A DNA stretch of 63,482 bases from Actinomycetes bacterium (GCA_023336815.1 JAMBLJ010000218.1:1-63482); one strand, 5' to 3'. Positions 21,041 through 30,819 are shown, counted from the stretch's first letter. Notes: a model not told the origin generated them from the sequence alone. Program-made: numbers and translations.

Positions 21041-21185
21041 AGTGCGTGAGCGTACCCCAGACCAGGGGACGGGAGCTCACCGGAGCAGCATGTCCATCCA
21101 CCGACGATCGGAATCGGTGAGGCCGTGTGACTGCGGCTCGAGAGATGTTGCCTGGCGACGATCCCTCAATCGTGTGTGCGGTCGT

Positions 21186-21902
21186 TCAACGAAAGAGTCG
21201 GTGCCACATCCTGGTGACACCCCACCGTGTCACGAGTGCCATAGCTTCAACAGCGATCATCGAACTCATCTTCGACTCGCCGTAGAGACGGTCCTTGAAC
21301 GTGATGGGTACTTCCGCAATCTCAAGACCGGCTTCCTCAGTTCTCCATGCCATCTCGACCTGAAATCCGTACCCCGATGCCTTGCAGGTTGCAGGATCGA
21401 TCTTGCGTAGCGTGGTATCGCGAAATGCTCGGAATCCTGCGGTTGCATCTCGGACATCCAATCCGAGCATGAGTGACGCGTAGGCGTTTCCGCCTCGCGA
21501 GACCAGTTCTCTGTACCACGGCCAACCGATCGTGCCTCCACCATCGACGTAGCGTGATCCGATGGCGAGGTCGGCGCCCTGCTCGATCGCTCTGGCGAGG
21601 CGAGGAAGGTCGGCGGGGTCGTGTGAAAAGTCCGCGTCCATCTCACACAGGATCTCCGCGCCCATCTCGAGGCCGCGCTCAAAGCCGGCAGCGTATGCGG
21701 GTCCGAGTCCCTGCTTTGAAGGCCTGTGGAGCACATGGACACCCGGATCCGATATTGCGATCTCGTCTGCGATCTTTCCTGTGCCGTCGGGTGAGGCATC
21801 ATCGACGATGAGGATGTCGTATCCGTGACTTCGCACCGCCTCGACGATGAGGCGAATGTTCTCAAGTTCGTTGTATGTCGGGACGATGACCAACACGTTC
21901 AT
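21186..21902 (-). CDS. Polyprenol-monophosphomannose synthase (GT2, Ppm1-like)
   Basis: VIVPTYNELENI, VDDASPDGTG, GLGPAY, EMDADFSHDP, DATAGFRAF, GYGFQVE, VPITF. Confidence 0.92.
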   Translation of the reverse strand: MNVLVIVPTYNELENIRLIVEAVRSHGYDILIVDDASPDGTGKIADEIAISDPGVHVLHRPSKQGLGPAYAAGFERGLEMGAEILCEMDADFSHDPADLPRLARAIEQGADLAIGSRYVDGGGTIGWPWYRELVSRGGNAYASLMLGLDVRDATAGFRAFRDTTLRKIDPATCKASGYGFQVEMAWRTEEAGLEIAEVPITFKDRLYGESKMSSMIAVEAMALVTRWGVTRMWHRLFR

Positions 21903-21962
21903 TCCGAAGGTATCCATTGATGATACTTCGGAACATCCGGCGTCTGTCTTGAGGTTTCTGGG

Positions 21963-22346
21963 TCAGGAAGCGCAGTCCAGACAGATCTTCTTCCGCTTGT
22001 TCGCGAGCTGACTCTCACGCTTCACGAGAAAGCAACTCGAGCACACGAACTCGCCAGATGTCGCTTCGTCGATGCTGTTATTCTGCATCGCGATCTCGGC
22101 TCGTCGGATTGCCCGCATCTCCGCTGCTTCATCGATGACGAGGGTTTCATCCGTCTCGTCATCCGTGAGCATCTCGAGCTCCTCAGCTTCGAGCTCGTCG
22201 AGAGCTGCCACTGGTGTCTCTTCGGTGGCGGTGTCTTTCGACTCGTCGTCAGTGTCGGTGTCCTCGGAAGGGTCTTCGACGCCTTCATCGATGTCCGCGC
22301 TTGTGTCTTGTTCGCCTTCGCTGTCTTCAATGATTTCGGTAGCCAT
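21963..22346 (-). CDS. DUF4193-like protein: acidic disordered N-terminus plus C-terminal C4 zinc ribbon
   Basis: EFVCSSCFLVKRESQL...ICLDCA. SD GAGAGG upstream. Confidence 0.8.
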   Translation of the reverse strand: MATEIIEDSEGEQDTSADIDEGVEDPSEDTDTDDESKDTATEETPVAALDELEAEELEMLTDDETDETLVIDEAAEMRAIRRAEIAMQNNSIDEATSGEFVCSSCFLVKRESQLANKRKKICLDCAS

Positions 22347-22409
22347 TCGCCTCTCGGTTCTCCATGACGGCGCGGAGCATACTCAGTTTGTGGGCCAGTT
22401 CAATCTCCT

Positions 22410-23303
22410 TCACGCGACGAAGTCGATGGCGGAGGGTATCGTCGAGATCTCAACGGAGCCGAATCCGAGTGCCTCACCGTCAGCTTCAACCGGCCACGAC
22501 CCTGGAACAGAGACCGAGATCGTGTCACCGAGGAATCGACGCACGCCGGAATGCGTCAGATGTGAGCCTCTCACAACCCTTGGCATAATGGTGAATGCTT
22601 GGCGTTTTCGTCCGGTGAAGACCTGCACATCGAGCACGTTGTCGTTGGTCGATGCCTTCGGTGCGACGTTCATACCTCCACCGAAGAACTGCCCGTTGGC
22701 TATCACAACGTTGATCGCCTCTCCGTGGAAGTTGTGTCTCCCGACGTCGACGTCGACATCTCCACTCCCGAAGCTGGCGAGCGCGAGCCAGAAGCCTGCG
22801 GTGTACCGAAGCGAACCCAGTGTGCTGGGAAGCCTGCCAGCCAGATCGGCAGAGGCTGCGGCGACTCCGAGGTTGGCTGCGTTGAGGAACAGATGTGTGC
22901 CGAAAGCTCCAGATATCGTGCCGAGATCGACGGGGTAGAGATCGGGATCGATGAGTCGGTCGAACGCCTTCTCGATGTTGCGACTATGGCCGAACGTGCG
23001 GATGAAGTCGCTCCCGGAGCCGGCCGCTACGATGGCGATCGCAAACCGATCCGACGTTGCCTGGATCTGACCGCCGAATGCATTGACGATGTGGTGTGCG
23101 GTCCCGTCGCCTCCAACCGAGAGGAATCGGCGCGTCCCCGAATGCGCGGCCTCGGACACAGTTGTCGCTAGGTGAGCTGGTGAGGAGCTGACCACAACCG
23201 TTGCTGCGATGCCACGTGAGCGCAGACATTCCTCGACGGTGTGCTTCGTGAGTTGGTGCCGCCCAGCGGTCGGGTTGATGAGAGCGAGCCAGCGGTCATT
23301 CAT
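22410..23303 (-). CDS. Diacylglycerol/lipid kinase family (YegS/BmrU-like)
   Basis: INPTAG, VGGDGTAH, GSGSDF, NGQFFGGGM, ADGE. Confidence 0.9.
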   Translation of the reverse strand: MNDRWLALINPTAGRHQLTKHTVEECLRSRGIAATVVVSSSPAHLATTVSEAAHSGTRRFLSVGGDGTAHHIVNAFGGQIQATSDRFAIAIVAAGSGSDFIRTFGHSRNIEKAFDRLIDPDLYPVDLGTISGAFGTHLFLNAANLGVAAASADLAGRLPSTLGSLRYTAGFWLALASFGSGDVDVDVGRHNFHGEAINVVIANGQFFGGGMNVAPKASTNDNVLDVQVFTGRKRQAFTIMPRVVRGSHLTHSGVRRFLGDTISVSVPGSWPVEADGEALGFGSVEISTIPSAIDFVA

Positions 23304-25825
23304 CGAGAGAGATCCACCGCCACGATGCCACGATCCAGGAGCGCTATCGCCGATCCAGCGACCATGCGATAGTCGGGGAACCCTTCGCGGATCTGACGCA
23401 GTAGGTCGAGAAGCTGTCGTGTGGAACGAACGAAGTCTCCCGCTCTCACATCCTCGGAATCGAAGATGTTGTCGAGGTCCAGCCCGCTCGCCCAGCCGTG
23501 GATGGTGTCGACCAACCCCACATCGGGAGGACGGGTGGGCGTGAGACCTACCGACTCCTCCAGTTCGGCCAACGACTCCCAGGATGCGAGAATCTCGTCT
23601 ATGGGTTCAGAGGAAAAAGCTGTGTGCGGCATCTGGGGCGCATCTCCTCCACGTGTCTCGTAGGTGAAGATGGACACGATCGCGGCGAACTCAGGTGGAT
23701 CGAGTCCATCGAGGTGGCCACCGATGAGCGATTCGGCGAGAAGGAGGTCGAGTTCGTTGTACAGCCGTCTCAGCTTCTCGCCTCGACCGGTGAGAGCCCA
23801 TCCGTTGGTGTACCGCTTCGTGTTGAGCACCGATCGCAGCCGATCGAATTCGGCGGCGATATCGTTGCGACCCGTTCTGGTGATACGACGTTCGAGACGA
23901 CGGATATCGCGCTCCGCCCGGTGCGCTCGCTCGACCCATCTGAGGTGATCGTCGATGTCCGTGCATCCAGCAGGGCCCCCATCCGATACTGGTATGAAAA
24001 GCGGCACAGCCTTATCTTCGGGAATGAACGTCTCGAGGTGATCTGCTACCTCTCTCCGGTAGGTGGGATCGGAAGCCCGGATGGGTTGGGGAAGGCCGAT
24101 GGTGCCGAGAAGCATGGTGTCTTTGGGTAGATCTCGTGCCTTGACCGTGCGTTTCCGTCCCCTCGCATCGCCGATCACGAGCGACGGTTGGCTGCCGCCC
24201 CACGATCGTCCAAGGAGAACTCCTGTCCAACCGCCAACGTCGAGGACGACACCTGGATCAAGGAGCTTCGTATCGATGCTTCTCGTGCGCCCAGGTGCCA
24301 GATGTTGCGAGAGGTCGAAGACGTCTCCCTTGTCGCAGGCTGCAGCTTCCCTGAAGGTCGCGAGGTCGGCTCGTACACCTGCGAGGTTCGTCTCAAGCGT
24401 GTCGATCCTGTATGTGTCTGCGAAGTTAGCGAACGATGCGGAGAGGAGCCTGTGGGCGGTAACGTCGTCGTAGCGTGCGATGAGATTCACCGACATGTTG
24501 TAGCTCGGGGAAAACGACGACCGGAGCGGGTTCGAACCCGCTGCGGCTATCCCGCTGACTCGATCGAACGGCACGTAACTGCTGTAGAGCACGACGGCGG
24601 TTCCATCGGTGTCGATGCCCCGTCTCCCGGCGCGTCCGGTGAGTTGTGTGTAGTCGCTGGGTCGGAGGAGTTCGTGCGTGTCACCGTTGAACTTCGAAAG
24701 GGATTCGAGCACGACTGTCTTCGCTGGCATATTGATACCAAGCGCGAGGGTCTCGGTTGCGGCAACGACCTGTACAAGACCGTCGAGAAACAGTTCCTCG
24801 ACGGTCTCCTTGAACGCGGGAATGAGGCCGGCGTGATGGGACGCAACTCCTCGTTCGAGCCACGATCGCCAGCGTTCGAACCCGAGGACCGTGAGATCGT
24901 CGTCGCCGAGGTGGGCAACGTGACGGTCGATGACCGCCCTGATGCGTCTTCGATCGTCTGCTGTTGTCAGCGCTAGATGGGACGAAGCGATCTGTTGAGC
25001 TGTTGCATCACAACCCTTGCGTGAGAAGACGAAATAGATGACTGGAAGCAGACCTTCCCCGTACAGGTACTCGACCACCTGGGTTCGCCTGGGGGTAGAG
25101 AACCGGCGGAAACGACCTTTCGAGCGGCCGATGAGTTTGGACACGGCGGGATTCGTTCTCCCGTTTTTGGCGAACACAGGGAGCATGTCCGCTGCACCGT
25201 TGGCATGTCGGTCGCGCCACATGTACATCGACGTCAGTGGCACGGGTCGTTCTGTCTCGATGACAAGATCGGTTTCACCTCGCCGTGACGTGACCCAATC
25301 AGTGAACTCCTCCGGATTCGCGATCGTTGCGGAGAGACACACGATCGGCACGGAAGAGTCAAGGTGAATGATGACTTCCTCCCAGATGGACCCTCGGCTG
25401 CGATCGGCGAGGTAGTGGACCTCGTCGAGGATCACGATTCCGAGATCTGTGAGCGCAGGAGAGTTCTCATAGATCATGTTGCGAAGGACCTCAGTTGTCA
25501 TCACGACGATCGATGCATCTCCGTTGATGACGTTGTCACCTGTCAGCAATCCGACCGCACTCTGTCCGTATGCGTCGGTGAGGTCAGCGAACTTCTGGTT
25601 CGAGAGCGCCTTGATCGGGGTGGTATAGAAGGATCGTTTGCCTACCGCGAAATTCATAGCGATCGCACCTTCGGCGATGAGGGTCTTGCCAGCACCCGTG
25701 GGTGCGGTAACGACAACAGACTTACCCGAGGCGACCGCGTCGAGGGCATCTGTTTGAAATCGATCTGGCCGGAACGACAGCGATGCAACGTACGCCTCGA
25801 CGTGTTGGCGTGCGTCTGCTGTCAT
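23300..25825 (-). CDS. helY: Ski2-like DEAD/DEAH RNA helicase HelY
   Basis: APTGAGKT, PIKALSNQK, DEVH, LSATI, FSRKGCD, HHAG, ATETLALGINMPA, TGRAGRRG, C-terminal DSHCT-like region. Confidence 0.93.
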   Translation of the reverse strand: MTADARQHVEAYVASLSFRPDRFQTDALDAVASGKSVVVTAPTGAGKTLIAEGAIAMNFAVGKRSFYTTPIKALSNQKFADLTDAYGQSAVGLLTGDNVINGDASIVVMTTEVLRNMIYENSPALTDLGIVILDEVHYLADRSRGSIWEEVIIHLDSSVPIVCLSATIANPEEFTDWVTSRRGETDLVIETERPVPLTSMYMWRDRHANGAADMLPVFAKNGRTNPAVSKLIGRSKGRFRRFSTPRRTQVVEYLYGEGLLPVIYFVFSRKGCDATAQQIASSHLALTTADDRRRIRAVIDRHVAHLGDDDLTVLGFERWRSWLERGVASHHAGLIPAFKETVEELFLDGLVQVVAATETLALGINMPAKTVVLESLSKFNGDTHELLRPSDYTQLTGRAGRRGIDTDGTAVVLYSSYVPFDRVSGIAAAGSNPLRSSFSPSYNMSVNLIARYDDVTAHRLLSASFANFADTYRIDTLETNLAGVRADLATFREAAACDKGDVFDLSQHLAPGRTRSIDTKLLDPGVVLDVGGWTGVLLGRSWGGSQPSLVIGDARGRKRTVKARDLPKDTMLLGTIGLPQPIRASDPTYRREVADHLETFIPEDKAVPLFIPVSDGGPAGCTDIDDHLRWVERAHRAERDIRRLERRITRTGRNDIAAEFDRLRSVLNTKRYTNGWALTGRGEKLRRLYNELDLLLAESLIGGHLDGLDPPEFAAIVSIFTYETRGGDAPQMPHTAFSSEPIDEILASWESLAELEESVGLTPTRPPDVGLVDTIHGWASGLDLDNIFDSEDVRAGDFVRSTRQLLDLLRQIREGFPDYRMVAGSAIALLDRGIVAVDLSR

Positions 25826-26535
25826 TTCCTGAGGATGAATCGAATGGCGAGGATCGTGAGCTCGAAGAGAACGTAGAGCGGCACCGAAAGCAACATCAAG
25901 GTCATCGGGTCGCCAGATGGAGTGATGATGGCAGCGGAGATCAGGATGATCATCAGTGCCCAGCGACGGTTCGTTCGTAGCTTCTCGCTGGTGATGGCTC
26001 CAACGGCTGCGGCAGCAAAGAGGAACACCGGAAACTCGAAGGCTATGCCGAACGCCAGGATGAACCGTGTCGCGAACTTGAGGTAGAACTCGGCGCTGAT
26101 GAGGGGATGGAGGGCATCGCCACCGAAATCGAGAAGGAACGCGAGTCCTCGTCCGAGCGCGACATACCCAACGAGCACACCCGAGATGAACAGGGCGACG
26201 AACACCGCGGTGATGGGATACGCCCAGCGCTTCTCTTTCGGTGACATCGCCGGAGCTGCGAAGCGCCAGATCTGATAGAGCACGACAGGAGATGCCAGAA
26301 GCACGCCACCGAAAATACTGACCCGCATGACCGTCGAGAACGCTTCGGTCACGCGAAAGAATGCAAGCGGCTGGTCCGGAACAGCCTGCTTATACGGCTC
26401 TGTGATGATGGCCAGGAGTTCTTCGTTGAACAGGAAGGCGAGTGCCGTACCGATCCCAACGGCGATGAGTGACTTCACGAGCCGATCTCGGAACTCCTGG
26501 AGGTGCGCCATCATCGGCATCGTCGAACTCGTCAC
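25822..26535 (-). CDS. tatC: Twin-arginine translocase TatC
   Basis: MAHLQEFRDRL, YQIWRFAAP, FGIAFEFP, AIITPSGDP, LYVLFE. Confidence 0.96.
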   Translation of the reverse strand: MTSSTMPMMAHLQEFRDRLVKSLIAVGIGTALAFLFNEELLAIITEPYKQAVPDQPLAFFRVTEAFSTVMRVSIFGGVLLASPVVLYQIWRFAAPAMSPKEKRWAYPITAVFVALFISGVLVGYVALGRGLAFLLDFGGDALHPLISAEFYLKFATRFILAFGIAFEFPVFLFAAAAVGAITSEKLRTNRRWALMIILISAAIITPSGDPMTLMLLSVPLYVLFELTILAIRFILRK

Positions 26536-27047
26536 GAAGACGTCTCCCCCAGCTGTTCTTCGCCTTCTTCTTCACTGATAGCTGAAGGCTGTCGACTGTC
26601 AGTTTCTTCTGCTTCTTCTTCCTGTCTGTCATCTGTCGTCTGCTGTCTGCCGTCTTCTTCTGCTTCTTCCTGTCTGTCATCTGTCGTCTGCTGTCTGCCG
26701 TCTTCTTCTGCTTCTTCCTGTCTGCCGTCTGCTGTCTGCTGTCCGCTGTCTTCTGCTTCTTCCCCCACTTCCTCTCCCGGAAGTGTCACGGCCATTCCCG
26801 TGACGGTGGAGCCAACGTTCTTGATCTCGTTCATCGTGAGGTCGTATTCGGCCTTGAGGGTTTGGAGGGGCGCCGAGATGTCGCTGTACTCGCTATCCAT
26901 TGCGTTGGTGAGCGTCCTTGTGGCTGAGCGGGCCTGGGCGAGGAGTTCGCCTGCCTTCTTGGCGAGCTCGGGAAGACGCTTTGGTCCGAAGACCACGAGC
27001 GCAACTATCGCGATGACGATCAATTCGCCTGAACCAAGGCTTCCCAT
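26532..27047 (-). CDS. TatA/TatB family translocase subunit with repetitive acidic C-terminal tail
   Basis: MGSLGSGELIVIAIVALVVFGPKRLPELAKKAG. ATG 27047 lies 7 nt after TACCAT. Confidence 0.92.
   Translation of the reverse strand: MGSLGSGELIVIAIVALVVFGPKRLPELAKKAGELLAQARSATRTLTNAMDSEYSDISAPLQTLKAEYDLTMNEIKNVGSTVTGMAVTLPGEEVGEEAEDSGQQTADGRQEEAEEDGRQQTTDDRQEEAEEDGRQQTTDDRQEEEAEETDSRQPSAISEEEGEEQLGETSS
26575..26762. repeat. Heptamer-built tandem repeat: 48-nt unit x about 2.3 exact copies plus degenerate flanks
   Basis: Period 48 checked at 26621/26669/26717. Each unit contains ctgtcat-ctgtcgt-ctgctgt-ctgccgt. Further heptamer runs at 26575 (ctgatag-ctgaagg-ctgtcga-ctgtcag) and 26722 (ctgccgt-ctgctgt-ctgctgt-ccgctgt). 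Confidence 0.93.
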
Positions 27048-27082
27048 GGACCCGATGGTAGGACGCTTCTGGCCATGAAAGT

Positions 27083-27114
27083 GAAGGTGCCGCCGCGAGA
27101 GCGGCGGCACCTTC
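27083..27114. terminator. Perfect 14-bp hairpin, probable intrinsic terminator of the zinc-finger gene
   Basis: gaaggtgccgccgc-gaga-gcggcggcaccttc. Followed on the minus strand by a weak U tract (ACTTTC). Confidence 0.8.
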
Positions 27115-27138
27115 GGGCCCCTCACATGTGACCTGGGT

Positions 27139-27438
27139 TCATCCCCCCGATGCCACCAACCGCCCGAACCAGTCATCCTGATCGAGCATGGCCACAAAGC
27201 GGCCGATCTCAGACTCAGTTATCGGCAACGTATCGAGCACGACCTCGTACGCAACTCCCGTTGCGAGAAGGATGCTGACGACGCGATGTGACGCAGGACG
27301 TTGCTGGGTCGTTGTACATGTTGGACATGAAAAGCGGTACGTCCCCTCGTCACCCGCCCCGGTGAGTTCGAGGCTGATGTCCTTCGTGGAGAGTTCCACG
27401 TCGCCGCATCGTGAACACGTTGTCCTGATGGTTGTCAT
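27139..27438 (-). CDS. Uncharacterised 99-aa protein with two CxxC motifs (putative zinc finger)
   Basis: TTCSRCGDV...YRFSCPTC...VVSILLATGV. SD GGAG upstream. Confidence 0.85.
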   Translation of the reverse strand: MTTIRTTCSRCGDVELSTKDISLELTGAGDEGTYRFSCPTCTTTQQRPASHRVVSILLATGVAYEVVLDTLPITESEIGRFVAMLDQDDWFGRLVASGG

Positions 27439-27516
27439 CCAGCTGCTCCAATAGTGCCGTCTACCTCAATGACATCGGCACATGACCGCCGGGGTAAAGG
27501 ACTATTCGTGGCGTAG

Positions 27517-28455
27517 TCACTTCGTCAGCGTGTACCTGGCCACGATCCGAGAGCGGAGATTCTCGAGCACAGCGATGACTTCGTCACCCTGTATGTCGGT
27601 GACCGTTTCTCCGAGTTGGAGAAGCAATCTGGCAGCGACCAAAGGGTCGGAGACACCCATCGTGACGCGGATAGCATCGTCGTCGAGGGGCTCGACGTCG
27701 ACCGGGTAGTACTCGGCAACCCATCGAGCAGAAGGCGCCAGAGTGAAGCGAACATGCTGATCGTCTTCGGAAGGTCGATAGTCGATGGTCGTCTGGAGGG
27801 GCACCTCAGGAATTACGTATACTTCATCGAGGACGATGAGTGTGTCGATCCGGTCTATCCGGAAAACTCTCGAGCCTTCAGCGAGTCGACAGAAGCCTGA
27901 CAGGTACCAGTTGCCGAGGTTGAAGAAGACGCTCCATCCTTCGATGTCACGTTCAGTCCGCTCGTTTGTAGCGATGCCGACGTATCCGATCCGCACGACG
28001 TTCCTCGATGCGACCGCATCCTTGAGGGTTCCGACATACGCCGGCGTCGGAACTTCGAATCGTACGGTTTCACCCTCGGGAGGGACGACAACCGAGGCGA
28101 GCTTTTCCACGGCAGAGTGAAGAGCGGGTGAGGCCTGATCCGATTGGATCAGCGTCATACCTGAGGCGAGCAGTCCGAGTGCCTCCGCCGGGGTGAGACG
28201 AAGGGGTCGTGAGAAGTAGTCAGCTGCGTCGACATACACCTCATCGTCGAAAACGTCGACGTCGATCAGGTCGCCCGGCCCGTAGCCTGGCAGCCCTGTC
28301 GTGAAAACGAGATGCATGTCCTTGACGAGTTCTGTGGTGTCTTTGTATCCGAACCGATCAACGAGATCGTCTGTGTCGGCACCATCGTGAGAGATGATCC
28401 ACGGGAGCACTGCAAGAATCCTCGTCAATCGCTGTGCTGTCCGGTCAGACGTCAT
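27517..28455 (-). CDS. pafC: WYL-domain transcriptional regulator PafC
   Basis: wHTH RLTRILAVLPWI, LPGYGPGDLID, RPLRLTPAEA, GNWYLSGFC, RVFRIDRI. Confidence 0.93.
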   Translation of the reverse strand: MTSDRTAQRLTRILAVLPWIISHDGADTDDLVDRFGYKDTTELVKDMHLVFTTGLPGYGPGDLIDVDVFDDEVYVDAADYFSRPLRLTPAEALGLLASGMTLIQSDQASPALHSAVEKLASVVVPPEGETVRFEVPTPAYVGTLKDAVASRNVVRIGYVGIATNERTERDIEGWSVFFNLGNWYLSGFCRLAEGSRVFRIDRIDTLIVLDEVYVIPEVPLQTTIDYRPSEDDQHVRFTLAPSARWVAEYYPVDVEPLDDDAIRVTMGVSDPLVAARLLLQLGETVTDIQGDEVIAVLENLRSRIVARYTLTK

Positions 28456-29375
28456 GTCGGGGCCTCTACGAAGGCCACCAGCGCACGGCGGAGTTCGTCG
28501 GGGGCCTCGATGACCGCTTTGTCGTCGAAACCGAGCACCCAGCCAATGAGGCTGCGATCCGCGGAGTAGGGCACCTCGAGCAGAACGCTCGCCTGTGTCC
28601 GATCGACCTCAGTAGCTCCTGGCATCTGTCGTTTGGCGATCGATGCGACGTCGGTATCGAATCGAACGCTCGCCAGCATGTCCGTTGTCCCTTCGCTCGG
28701 GAGCTCGGCGAGTGAGGACTTAAGATCGAATTCTGGAGCACGTGTGAAGGTCCCAACGGCTTCATCGATGGCGATCAGTCCCATCCGATCCACCCTGAAG
28801 GCCTTCACAGGCTCAGGAGCGCCCCGTTCGGGCCCGATGAGATACCAGCGACCGCGTCTGTGGATGAGACCGTATGGCTCGATCTGACGTCGTCTGTTCC
28901 TGTAGTCGAACCTGGCGATCTTTTTGTCGGTTATCGCTCCGTAGAGGGCCCCGAGTTGGTCCAGATCGTGGCCAAGATCAGCGTACACTGTGCCCGACTC
29001 GGTGGTCCGTGCAGCACCGCCAAGTTTAAATATCGCTCCGAGTTCAGTCCTCTGACCACCGAATCGAACGGCCTGCGAGGCGAGAAGCAGCGCCGAACGT
29101 TCCTCGTCTGTGAGACCGGGATCGTCGAGGCCGTAGTCGTCCGAGGGCACAACGTACCCGAGTTCGACCTCCCAAAGATCAGTGTGCCGAAGCTCGAGTG
29201 GAACTCCCAAAGTTCTGAGAAGATCCTTGTCGCGCTCGAAGGTTCTTCGGAATGCTTCGTCCGTTGGCTGTTCGTAACCCTTGACCGTATGTCTGATCTC
29301 ATCCGCGGTCACGGGACGTCCGACGGTGAGAAGGAACGCAAGCAGGTTGAGGATCCGTTCGACGACTTTCTGCAT
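28452..29375 (-). CDS. pafB: WYL-domain transcriptional regulator PafB
   Basis: VERILNLLAFLL, AFRRTFERDKDLLRTLGVP, EPYGL, GRWYLIG, FRVDRM. Confidence 0.93.
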   Translation of the reverse strand: MQKVVERILNLLAFLLTVGRPVTADEIRHTVKGYEQPTDEAFRRTFERDKDLLRTLGVPLELRHTDLWEVELGYVVPSDDYGLDDPGLTDEERSALLLASQAVRFGGQRTELGAIFKLGGAARTTESGTVYADLGHDLDQLGALYGAITDKKIARFDYRNRRRQIEPYGLIHRRGRWYLIGPERGAPEPVKAFRVDRMGLIAIDEAVGTFTRAPEFDLKSSLAELPSEGTTDMLASVRFDTDVASIAKRQMPGATEVDRTQASVLLEVPYSADRSLIGWVLGFDDKAVIEAPDELRRALVAFVEAPT

Positions 29376-29388
29376 CAGCAGCAGCGTA
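29376..29388 (-). promoter_or_regulatory. Leaderless-type -10 (TACGCT, 7 nt before pafB ATG)
   Basis: Minus strand TACGCT-GCTGCTG-ATG. Confidence 0.6.
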
Positions 29389-29421
29389 TCTGTTCACGCG
29401 ACGCTGTGGAAGTGTGTTGCT

Positions 29422-30777
29422 CTAGAGAGATTCGATGAGCCGTTCGACGCGTTCGTCGTACGCCTTGAATGGATCCTTACAGAGCACAGTCCGTTGTGCT
29501 TGGTCGTTGAGCTTCAGATGCACCCAGTCGACGGTGAAGTCACGGCGTTTCGCCTTTGCTGCCTTGATGAACTCGCCCCGCAATCGGGCCCGTGTCGTGG
29601 CAGGTGGGTCGATCATGGCTCGTGTCACGTCTTCATCTGTGACGATCCTGTCGACGAGGCCCGCCGCTTCGAGTTTGTAGAACAGACCCCGGTCGCGGTT
29701 CACGTCGTGGTAGTTCAGATCCATGAGTGCAAGTTTCGGGGATGAAAGCGGAAGGTCATGGCGGGCTCGGTACCGGTCTATCAGCTGATATTTTGCGACC
29801 CAATCGACCTCACGATGGAGCGTCAGCGGGTCCTTCTCCAGGCCGGTCAGTAGATGCTCCCACATCGACACAGCACGTTCTACCTCAGGCGAGACACCAG
29901 CAGAACGTGTATATCGCATCACGCGTTCGAGGTACTCCCACTGGATGTCGAGTGCAGATAGTTCTCGCCCGTTCGCGAGACGCACCTTTCTCCTGCACGT
30001 GATGTCATGACTGATCTCACGGATTGCCCTGATCGGGTTTTCAAGTGTCAGATCACGAAACACGACTTCGTCTTCGAGCATCTGTAGCAGTGCAACCGTT
30101 GAACCCATTTTCGTGTAGGTGACGTACTCTGACATGTTCGAGTCACCCACGATGACGTGAAGCCGGCGGTACCGTTCAGCATCCGCGTGCGGCTCGTCCC
30201 GAGTGTTGATTATCGGTCGGCTGCGCGTCGTAGCGCTCGAGCTTCCCTCCCAGATGTGTTCGGCCCGTTGCGCAAGCGAATAGACGGTTCCCCTTGCCGT
30301 CTGGAGGAGCTTTCCGGCTCCTGCCCAGATCTGCCGTGACACGAAGAACGGCACCAGGGTGTCGATCGTCCGTTGAAAATCTGTATGGCGGTGGATGAGA
30401 TAGTTCTCGTGGCAACCGTAGGAGTTGCCAGCCGAATCCGTGTTGTTTCGGTAGAGGTAGATCTCACCCCTGATGCCTTCTTCCACGAGCCTGCGTTCCG
30501 CCGATTCGACGAGACCCTCGAGTATCCGTTCGCCTGCACGATCATGAGCAACGACGTCGTACAGGCTGTCGCATTCCGGTGTCGCGTACTCCGGATGGCT
30601 GCCTACGTCGAGGTAGAGACGCGCCCCGTTCTCCAGAAAGACGTTCGACGAGCGGCCCCAACTGACGACCCTGCGGAAGAGATATCGTGCTACTTCGTCC
30701 GGCGACAGCCGGCGCTGACCGCGAAGCACACAGGTCACGCCGTACTCGTTCTCGATACCGAAGATCCGTCTTTGCAC
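29422..30777 (-). CDS. pafA: Pup-protein ligase PafA
   Basis: [72 protein letters not shown]. Confidence 0.97.
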   Translation of the reverse strand: MQRRIFGIENEYGVTCVLRGQRRLSPDEVARYLFRRVVSWGRSSNVFLENGARLYLDVGSHPEYATPECDSLYDVVAHDRAGERILEGLVESAERRLVEEGIRGEIYLYRNNTDSAGNSYGCHENYLIHRHTDFQRTIDTLVPFFVSRQIWAGAGKLLQTARGTVYSLAQRAEHIWEGSSSATTRSRPIINTRDEPHADAERYRRLHVIVGDSNMSEYVTYTKMGSTVALLQMLEDEVVFRDLTLENPIRAIREISHDITCRRKVRLANGRELSALDIQWEYLERVMRYTRSAGVSPEVERAVSMWEHLLTGLEKDPLTLHREVDWVAKYQLIDRYRARHDLPLSSPKLALMDLNYHDVNRDRGLFYKLEAAGLVDRIVTDEDVTRAMIDPPATTRARLRGEFIKAAKAKRRDFTVDWVHLKLNDQAQRTVLCKDPFKAYDERVERLIESL

Positions 30778-30789
30778 GGTGTCAGCGTA
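30778..30789 (-). promoter_or_regulatory. Leaderless-type -10 (TACGCT, 6 nt before pafA GTG)
   Basis: Minus strand TACGCT-GACACC-GTG. Confidence 0.6.
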
Positions 30790-30819
30790 CCTCAGATGTC
30801 CGCTAGCGCGAGGCTGACC

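Noticed and set aside
21214-21232. GTGACAC-N5-GTGTCAC palindrome, with a similar sequence near 43963
   Set aside because: First copy is inside coding sequence, second is imperfect with different spacing; likely chance.
26575-26762. 48-nt repeat as a CRISPR array
   Set aside because: Units are head-to-tail with no unique spacers, lie in-frame in tatA/B, and there are no cas genes.
27450-27500. PafBC-type promoter motif (TGTCGG-N10-TA-N3-T) upstream of the zinc-finger gene
   Set aside because: Best match TGCCGA-N11-TAGACG has two mismatches, the wrong spacing and lacks the final T; not supportable.
27517-29375. WYL genes as anti-phage defence regulators
   Set aside because: Sequence and position identify them as housekeeping PafB/PafC.
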